A stretch of DNA of 58,122 nt, counting the filler, from Bipalium vagum (Eukaryota), in NCBI GenBank assembly GCA_037834085.1. It is 3 parts of 3 records of this genome, joined end to end, with 100 filler letters (N's around TTAATTAATTAA, not from the genome) between each part and the next. Parts side by side here need not be neighbours in the genome. Positions count along the whole stretch, not along the records: positions 38,681 to 58,122 come from JBBMKC010003113.1; 2 more parts are not named here. One strand, 5' to 3'. The notes beneath the pieces are model-generated. The model was not told where the DNA came from. It did not search any database and worked only from the letters and a program-made list of their open reading frames with translations. This document shows, in pieces, positions 49,101 through 58,122 of the stretch. Position 1 is the first letter of the stretch. Each line of letters opens with the position of its first letter. Made by a program: the position numbers and the translations under genes.

Positions 49101-52100
49101 AAAATTGATTTTCCATGACGATTTTTACAATGGGTTTGGTGTTTAAAAAGTGCTTTATTTTTAAATATTTGCTTCGCATAATATTGATTCACAAATAGAT
49201 TTATTATTCTTTCTTTTGGTGTTTTAAAGTGTGTCGGTAAATGAATTTTTTCGGTGTCTGATTTGACTTTTTTATATTTCAAATCAATGTGATTATATTT
49301 AATTTCATTCAATATTGATTTTTTTAATTTCGTAATAAATGCTTTTATGTGCAATGTAAATTTTTCACATTTATTAATCCAGTAAGAAATACCACCAAGA
49401 TTCATTTCCGTAAAATGACAATTATAGTGTAACAGCCTTATTTATCAGAAGAAAAAAATTTGTAATATCGATTGTTTTAGAAATTGTTGTTATCTTCAAA
49501 AATGTTTCCTGGGAAACTCCTTTATTTAGTAATCTTGGTTCTATTATTAAACTTACTGAAATTAAAAATTAGTCAAGCCTTTAATTTATCTGCCATAAGT
49601 ATAACACTACGTTTTAGCTTATCCATCTGCTCTTTTTTAGAAATATTTTTTGATATTTGCCTATTAAACTGGTTTACAGCATTTTTGTATCGGAGATACA
49701 TCTATATTTTTCTGAAAGTACTTTTAAAATCATGAATCTTTGTATAAAAATTATGATCGTGGAACATCTAGATCATGAAAAAATTTAAAATAAATAAAAT
49801 CAGAAATTAAATATAAATTACCATAATACTCATTAAAAATTTTTAAAATATTCTTTATTAATGAGTACTTATTGAAAAATTCAAGAAATACAAGAATAAA
49901 CCTAACATTTTCTGTTTTTTGTGGTTCTTTCATAAAAGCAGACCAGGAAAAAAGCTAACGAGCGAAATTAGACATTTAAAACGTTTATTTTGGATGTACA
50001 GTGGAAAAGCAGGATGAGACCTGGGCGCCTCACAAAATTTGCATATCATGGTCTACCTCGTTCACAGAATGGTATTCTGAGAAAAGAAAATGCATTGCCG
50101 ATGATCTGGAGAGTTCCTATTAATCATTCAACAGACTGCTATTTTTGCATGACTAAAGTGACAATAGTTTACCCAGGCAATCCTTCAGCTATACGACTAT
50201 TTAGCCATTAATATTACTATATATAATTTCTTTAAATGGTAATAAGTCACTTTAAAATAAAATATCTTCAGTAATTTAAGATCGACTAATTTATATTTTT
50301 AAAAATATGTAGAAAAAAGTTCACAATTTTTTCACGTGTATATAAAATCAAAAACATTGGCCAACATGATCACTATTTTCTTGTTATACTACATTCATTC
50401 ATTTTGCAATTTCTAAAACAATTTGCCCCTAAGTATCATTCTTAATTGAATTGATTTCCATTTCGATAGCCGAACATAATTGACCAAAATTTTTAAACTG
50501 TTAAAAGAACACCTTTTGTTTTAAATATCACCATCAATAGGAATCAATAGGCAAAAGATCCATGGATCTAGCTGTTCATTCAGTCTTACTCTGTATTTGA
50601 CATTTTTTTATCCAGCCTCTTACTTAATGTCAACGAATGGTGTGCTCTTTATCTTGTTGGGAAATTATATCTGATTCCAATTGTTTCTTTTGTATAAATG
50701 ACCAAAAATAAGTCTTCAGTATTACAAGATAATTTTCTTAATTTAAATTTATATGAAAACTATTATCCAATGATACATTCTGAATACATGGTACATGAAA
50801 CATGAAATATTTTAAATTATTCAGGTATTCATAAGCTTTAGTTCCCTACATCCTACATTTCTGTCAAGGAGTCTTCATACAATTATTTTAGCATTTAATT
50901 CTTATAACATAACAGAAAAGGCATTGTGAATATAATTCAAAATGATCAATGGACTCCTTTTAGTTTCGACAAAACTCTAAAGTTTACTTAGGTCTCGTTC
51001 AAAATTGCCTCGATTTGAGATATATTTTCCACCTCCTACATTTGAACGATCTCTAATCGATCAAGTTTTAATAAAGGTCTCATAAATTGCAACAATTATC
51101 AATCGGGTTGGATTCTCCTTATATCCTTCAGCTTTCAGATCCATTTCAATCTGAACAGTTGACTCAAGTGTTTGCGAAAATAATCACAATCCGAAATTCT
51201 ATTACACTCGAAAGACTCATTTTGTTAATGCTTAAATTGATTGATTAAAACAAATTTAAATATTGGTTAAAATTGTAAAATAACTATTTATATTTTCAAT
51301 TGTTTTATTCTTTGATTTTTTAGTCTTAAATGTTTTTGGTTTTGGATAGCATTTTGAACACTATTGCATGGTCTATCGATTGATTTCAGTATCATATTGA
51401 AAACACCACAGCTCATCACCAGTAACAATTGATTTGATAAAATTTGGGTATTTTACTGATTTTAGTATCATAAGCGAAAATGAAATTTCTGCATAAATTA
51501 GCTCTGCGTTGCAATTGTTCATGATTCAAGCTGTGAAGAACAAACCGTGAACATATCTTTTTCTTACTAAAATTCTCAATCAACATATTCCGAGTTGATT
51601 CTCTATTGCTTCTTCGAGTATTCTTAATGTAATACGTCTATCGGCTTCAACAATTTTTTTTACTTTTGTCCATGTTTTCATCATTTCTGGAGGTAGATGG
51701 ACGGCCACTTCTGTCATTATGGAAAAGATCATCACGGCAATCACGAAAACGAGAAAACAATTCAAAGACTTTAGATCTTGACATTGCTTTGTTCCCATAC
51801 ATGATTTTCAACATTTCGTAGGTTTCCGTAGGTGTTTTGTATAACTTAGCAAGATTTGATATTCACTCTCTGGTCCATTCTGAAATTGTCACAATACTTA
51901 AAATGTTAATTAAGCAAATTACTTCAGATAAACAAATATTTAGTTGAAATAAAATATTCATAATATATTAAAATAATAATCGTTAAGCGATCTCATAAAA
52001 GTTTTATTGAATATTTTTTGCTTATTTTTATAATTAATATTACCAAATTTTAAGTAACAAAGTTTTTGGATTGTTACATCGTACAACACCAATTTGCTTG

Positions 52101-55100
52101 TATGGTTTGGGCGGCTATATCGTCTCAACAATTAAGCCATTTGATATTGATTGATGGGGCTTTGAATGGTGAATAGTATGTCAAAGAACTTTTATTGTAC
52201 CTTTATTTGTACAGCACAATAAATTCTGGTGCTAGCATGACAACGCATGTCCTCGTGTTTGTAAAGTTGCCATAGGTGCTTTAAAGTAATGTAACAGTAA
52301 TACCATTCTATGGCTTTTGCCTCTCTCCGGAGCTCTTCATTTTAGAGCATTTGTGTGATATACTTGTCAGGAGATTGCAAACGGAGTATGTGGAACCACC
52401 TGTCTCACCTTAATCTTTAAAACATTGACTGAAAGAACAGTGAAATTTAATTTCTTTTAAAAAAGTCAAGTTTCTGTTCTACAATATGTCACGCCGAACT
52501 GCGAAATATGCTGAATAAAATGGTAGTTATAAGGAGTACTAGTGGAAATTGTAGCAATAACAATTTTGTTGACATTTGAATTTTTTTTAATGTCTAACTA
52601 AGTAAGAATTGTAAAAATTGTTGTGTATAATTTAATTTTTTTTGTTATGGTATTAAAATTAATCATCCACTGTTCATATCAAACTTAAATCGATGTTTTT
52701 CAAATTTAAAGATATTAATTAGTTTTAAAATCTTTATCCTGTTTACCTAAATTTTTCTCTTATAAAAGATCTGAATTTTTAGTATTATTTATCGAAAAAA
52801 ATTAATAATACATATGTGTAATCAATATTTTAAATCGGGAAAAGATCTCAATATATGATGAATGTCATAAATTTGGCAATGATTTATCTTTGAACGAAGA
52901 CATTATCTAGACTTAATACTGTTCCATTTTGTATTTTCCAATATTGAAACTGAAAGCCGATAAGAAAAGAGACTTTTATTTTAACAATTAATAAAATCAT
53001 TTACATAAAACCAAAGCAGTGTATTTATCTGGTTGGTTAATTAATAAAATATTTATTTAGGTCGTTTCTAAAAAAAAATATTAGAAACAGAATTAGTTAT
53101 AACTTATAACTGAAATCAATGTTTTAAATATTAAAACAACAATCGTATAATTTTTATTTTTATTTTTTATAAAAAAACTCCGCAAAATTAAATGGTTTAA
53201 ATGTCAAAAAGTTCGATTTTTTATGTAATTATTTGTTTTTATAATATATCTTCCTTTTTCTAAGTAAATGATTAATAGAAGGTTCAATTTCATAAGAAAA
53301 ATAAATCTTATATTTTTGTTATAAATAAATTATGTATGTAAATATTTAAACAGATTGTAGAATGTTTTAAATTCTTATAATGTGCCTCAATATTAAAATG
53401 TATTAAATTAGACCATTTTATACTGTAAAGATTTATTTAATAAATTTTAAAAATGATATTTTGTAAAAAATTGTTTAAAAATAAAAAAGCACATTATATT
53501 AATTTATTAAAAAACAGTTCTCGCTTAAATGACGGTAGACTTTGGTACTTTTTTGAAAAATAAATTTTATACAATTTTTTTCTTGATATTGCGGCTAATT
53601 ACATTATATTATTTATGTATATTTATTATATATTAATTAGGGATCCAATTTAATAGTAAGCTCTTTATATTGCAAAACTTAAACGCTTTATTTTAATAAA
53701 ATCTATTTGAAATTCTTTGTTAAAATGTATCTTATATTTTTTTGAAAATTTATCATTTATGTATTTATATTTTTTATTGAAACCCTAATGGGTAAAAGAA
53801 TTTCAAATATTCACAACAGACACTGTTTGTTGTTTGCGTATGACCAAGGCACAAAAACTAAAAGTCTCACGAAAGATTCTGAAAATCTAACCTTATGAAG
53901 ACTCCGTTAGCTAATGCACCAAATGGTTTAGAAAATTCAAGATGGAAAAATAAATCTTTAAGTTTTCCCAAGAACATGCTCGCCGCCCGTTGTCGACGTT
54001 GACAAGCTAATTGATGAGAAGCTAAAATAAAGTATTGAAGAAAAAAAATCAGAAGAAAAAATAAATTAAGAAATGTGTGTTATGCATTCTTGCCACATCC
54101 ACCATATAACCAAGATATGAAAACCTACTCGACATAAGAAATCACTAACAAACATTTTTTTTATCAAAAAACTACTGAATTTTATTCCGTTGGCATTCAT
54201 TCTTTGGGAGATAAATGGCAGAGTATTTGACACTGATGAAGAATATTTAATCAATTAATTATTAATAAAATTTCGAAAGTTGTTTGATTAGGGGATTATA
54301 ATTAAATTGGATCCCTAATATATTTATAATATAACAGTAATAAATAAAATAAAATATCTTTAAAATATTCTCACAATGTTCTGAACATTTTTTTCTGAAA
54401 TATGTTAGACACAATTAAATCTAATTATAGACAATTCTTAGAAATTGAAATTTATTAGTATATATCATAAATGGTCTAATAATTTTTTTATAATTAGTTC
54501 AACTTAAAATCAATTATTTAAGTATTTTATAGACAACATAATTGATTTTAAAATAATGTTTTGATTATCAACCGATTTGCAGTGAAATTTGACTTATTTA
54601 TTGAATTTACAAGGTTTTTATAATTATAAAAATCAGGTAACGTTTGCGCTAGATGGAGTGAGTATCCGGTGCTATGTATCAAGACCATCCTCCATTTTAA
54701 TAATAATATTATTATTATTTAATCTCTAATTAAATTCTAATACTTGACTACGTTACTAAAATAATTTACTGCTTTATTGAATAATATTTCACTTGACAAA
54801 GATACCTAGAGGAAAATGTTCAATTGAAAATACAATTGGATCAGTATCGAGATACTTTGGAAAAAACAGAAACCTATCTACAAAACATTCAAGTATCGGT
54901 TGATCAAGAAGAAAATAATTGGAAAGAATGTTTAAAGTCGTCACAGTTGGAGCAGGAAAGGGTAAGCTTTTCAGGAAATGTTAACAAAAATCTGATAAGT
55001 TTTTGATTAAAGTTGGAAGATAAAATCAAGGATCTAACAAATCAGATTGCAGTTTTGGAATGTAAAAGAACACCAGATAGAGCTTCAACGGTACGTACAT

Positions 55101-57176
55101 TTAAATATTATTGATTTAATATTATATTTTATTGAATTTAATTTTTGTATTTTATAGAGCGATTAATAATTCAATAATATCAAAATTTTTAAAGAAAGTT
55201 TTCACAAATTTGAAAAAATCAATTTTCGAGATTTAAATAAAATTTTGAAAGGAACTGTTGGTTTTTATTATGAATTTTAAACTTAATAATATGAATATTA
55301 TGTTTTTCATGCTAATTCTATTATAATCTTTATTTTCTTTTTCTTGATTATTAATTTTTTAAATAAATATGAATTTATAATAAATGTATTTAAACGAATC
55401 TTGTATCAGTTTAGTGGTGATTTTTGAAATTTCATTATTGATTTTCCGCTGATATTTGAAATGTAAAATAGCCTCTTCATTAGATAAAAATGGAAAAACA
55501 TTAATTATTGATATTTAATTGTTTTGAATGGTTATTTTATTTAGAAATTATTAATTATAAATAATTAGCTTATGGCAGTTGAATTGATATTTTTGATAAG
55601 TGATCTATTGAAAATTTTTTTTGTTGATTTTAGCCTTTTATATTTTTATGTAAAACAAAAATATTTAAATACAAATTCCAATCTTCATTACAGATAAAAG
55701 CTTGCTGTTGATTATATGGTACATCTGGATAATGATAAAATTTTTAATATTGATTTGAAAAAGGCTGATTGTTAAAAATACATGATGCAGTGTACAGACA
55801 AAAAATTAAAAACTGTTATTATAAAACAGATATCATTTCTGAAAAGGAGAATTTCAGTGAAGATGAAGATGAATTTGAGATTTTAAAAAGTTGATTGTAA
55901 AACGAGTGCTAATTTCAAAATATGATTTATTCTACTACAGGTAGTCAAAAATTATTACAAAAAAAAATTGCGGTATCATTTTGACATATTCTGTCATTAT
56001 TGTCAAATATGCGTTCCAGACAATTTAAACATTTATTGGTCATAATATTTAGTATTCTGTTAGATCCTGGTTTGCGCTCTATTTTTTGATACTTTAAAAT
56101 TTTTAGATTGTGTTTTGACAAACCTTCAAAAAAATTATTCATAGTGAACTTTTTTTAAACATATTTATGGTAAAATTGTATTGACCTCATTTCATATATT
56201 AATTTAGTTAAACATATGATAGTAATTATTATTATACATTTGCTCATTTAAAACAGAATTTGATTTGGATATATCTTATACATTTTATTTACGTTCAAAA
56301 ATAGTGCAAATATTAAGTTTTAATCAGTTAAATACTGCCAACTATTCTTCAATTTCTCCATAGAAATCTTGAATATAACGCACTCTTGGTTTTTAATCTC
56401 ATTTTCGCTCAAAAATATCTTTTGTTATACTCGAATATATACGATAATATTTTTTAATTTATTTTTCTTCAAACTCAGCGGCCATAATATAATATTAGAT
56501 TTATATAAAAATTGATTTTTATCGATTTTCTTACACAGTTTTTAAACATGAAACACGTAATTCAGTTTGAATGTTTTATCTGTAATTAGATGCCTGACGA
56601 TACTCATTTATTTCCTAACGGACCTATTTCGTGTGAAATGAAAAAGAAAAAGAAACATAAAAATAAAAGGAAGAAAAATAAAAGTATTTCGTTTAAAGGA
56701 TTACCTTGCACGATATTGTCACTTAAATTAGTTTGTTTATTTTTTAAGAAATATATATTCGGACATTCGTGAATTCACTTTCAAAATTATCTTGCATGTT
56801 CATTTCTATAGATAATCAATTTTTAAAAAAAAATAATCAATATTAATATTTATTTTCAATTCAGCTTTATGAGAAATCAAATTGTAATCTATAAAAATCG
56901 TTTTATGTTAATTTAACTTTAAGTTTTATTAATAATAAATTTGATTGAGTTAAAAAATGAGTATTGATAGAAGTGTGGGATATGAATAATATTTATTAAT
57001 ACTTTTAGTTATAGTGTCAGCTAGGGCTGCTATTACCATGTATAATAATATTGATTATCTATAGATACCGAATTCACGAATGGTTTTAAATATAATGCAT
57101 GGAAATAATATATTTGTAATAAACCAGAATAATATAAATTTCTTTTGTTTTAATACTTTCTCAATTTCAGGTATAA
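40108..57176 (+). CDS. RRBP1: Kinectin/ribosome-binding protein 1 (p180)-like ER membrane coiled-coil protein, 9 exons, ~811 aa
   Basis: Exons 40108-40459, 40513-40565, 42480-42593, 42652-44127, 48227-48310, 48359-48471, 54802-54961, 55013-55090, 57171-57176; phases are consistent. N-terminal TM anchor (LLTIIISFIIITIVFFYLY), long coiled coil, and DQYRDTLEKTETYLQNIQVSVDQEENNWK matching the recalled KTN1/RRBP1 motif YxxxLAETEGxLxxLQxSVExEExxW. C-terminus is ...STV*. The last exon is inferred. Confidence 0.8.
41100..42000 (+). mobile_element. Highly decayed rosa/maT-like Tc1/mariner element in intron 2
   Basis: C-terminal GVTFEQTL* (cf. GGHFEHLL) and a TIR-like end ACTTATCGGACAACCGGGTG. Confidence 0.35.
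49890..50210 (+). mobile_element. Chapaev3 (CMC superfamily) transposase fragment
   Basis: YFGCTVEKQDETWAPHKIC, then after a frameshift PMIWRVPINHSTDCYFC...IVYP..PSAIR.FSH. This matches the Chapaev3 pattern YFG..GDQDK.WAPH / PM.WREP.NH..DCYFC. Confidence 0.8.
50340..51240 (-). mobile_element. Decayed rosa(DD41D)/maT-like transposon
   Basis: Minus strand PTRLIIVAIYETFIKT*SIRD and *TARSMDLLPIDSY*W*YLKQKVF (cf. WPARSPDLTPLDFFLWGYLKSKVY). Confidence 0.65.
51370..51880 (-). mobile_element. Mariner N-terminal relic
   Basis: MDQRVNIK..., KVKKIVEADRRITLR, KICSRFVLHSLNHEQLQRR and IVTGDELWCFQYD. Confidence 0.8.
52070..52545 (+). mobile_element. Tc1-family relic (similar to the element at 1650-2584)
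   Basis: MVWAAISSQQLSHLILIDGALNGE*YV...HDNACPRV...LSPELFILEHLCDILVRR. Confidence 0.75.
53637..54318 (-). mobile_element. Non-autonomous mariner derivative (~680 bp) with intact TIRs
   Basis: TTAGGGATCCAATTTAAT at 53637 and its perfect reverse complement ending at 54318; internal decayed DFLCRV..IWW fragment. Confidence 0.75.
55945..56142 (-). mobile_element. Tc1-like HTH fragment
   Basis: QKIERKPGSNR resembles the GRP-linker RKPGSGR of Tc1-type transposases. Confidence 0.4.
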
Positions 57177-58122
57177 ATCAGTCTTGAGCAAGAACATGAA
57201 AGAAGTTTTTTCAATTTATTCCAATTTTTATTTTACTACCACCACCACCGCCGCAAAACCCATCACAATTTTTTCACATAATAATGTTTGTTTCATAATG
57301 TCGATCGTTTGGCACTCATCGCATCTCATTTATATAGCTCACATTATAATAGTAAGGCTTTTCATCGACAATAACTATTTTGCGTTCTCTTTTGAAACTT
57401 GTTCTTGTGTTTAGCTACTTTTATTTTTATTTTATTGACTTTATCTTGATAGTTTTTTGATGTTTTATTTGAATTAGACATTATTGGTGGTGGCCTGTCG
57501 TGCAAATATAGATATATCGGTATGCACTTTTTATTTTAATTTTGAATTTTTAAAGTTTTGCTGCTAATTTAATTTATTTAAAAGTCTTCTTATTGTTTAA
57601 CTTTTCCCTTATATCATCTACCATGAGATAGAATTCATACGGAATGTGAGGGTCAACAATATGAACTGTGAAGGATTACAAAAAAACATCATTCACTAAA
57701 AATAATTGAAAGCCGTAACCAGTGAAGATTAACAATATTCTAGCACTAATATGATTTGATTAATATTGATTTAAAATATATTTAAATATGATTTGTTAGA
57801 TGTTTGAAACTAAGAAATGAAATTGAAAAAGCAGCATGAACCCAGTTGTATTAAGGAAGAAAGGGGAAATAACAGGATTTTATCAAGTAAAATTGTGTGG
57901 ATGCTTGTTCAAGTTTTTTATTCATAACATATCTTATGTCAACTAGGATTAAAGGAAGAAACCTTAAAGTTTGGTAATCCAGACAATATCTTCAATGAAT
58001 ACTGTAATCATGTCTATTCTATTTTCGTTTTATAATAATTTTAAGTTTATATAGCGCGTAAAGAAATGATAAGGTCAATCATATTTTTCAATTAATTTAA
58101 TGAAGGCATGACTTTAAATCAA

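Noticed and set aside
1269-57176. Functional cluster of two large coiled-coil genes with a kinase
   Set aside because: They lie on different contigs joined by artificial linkers.

Overview
Very AT-rich eukaryotic (animal-type) genomic DNA, not prokaryotic. The 41-59 nt minimal introns, (AAT)n microsatellites and mariner-saturated long introns are compatible with an invertebrate such as a flatworm, but the taxon cannot be proven from this window. Two identical artificial spacers (44 N + TTAATTAATTAA + 44 N at 17711-17810 and 38581-38680) divide the window into three probably unlinked contigs. Contig 1 carries a 15-exon, ~1113-aa coiled-coil gene resembling CCDC18/Sojo (+, 1269-17052) and a probable small divergent gene at its 5' end. 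Contig 2 carries the last three exons of a Raf/KSR-like TKL kinase (+, 25847-34758), a deleted Ty3/gypsy element with very short LTRs, nested mariners, and a candidate micro-exon gene (35380-36271) that the ORF track misses. Contig 3 carries a 9-exon, ~811-aa kinectin/RRBP1(p180)-like membrane-anchored coiled-coil gene (+, 40108-57176). Long introns are filled with decayed Tc1/mariner (several subfamilies), rosa/maT-like, Chapaev3, MULE-like, pogo-like and gypsy relics. All gene models were built by hand from GT-AG sites and phase compatibility. Family assignments are from recalled motifs, not database searches.
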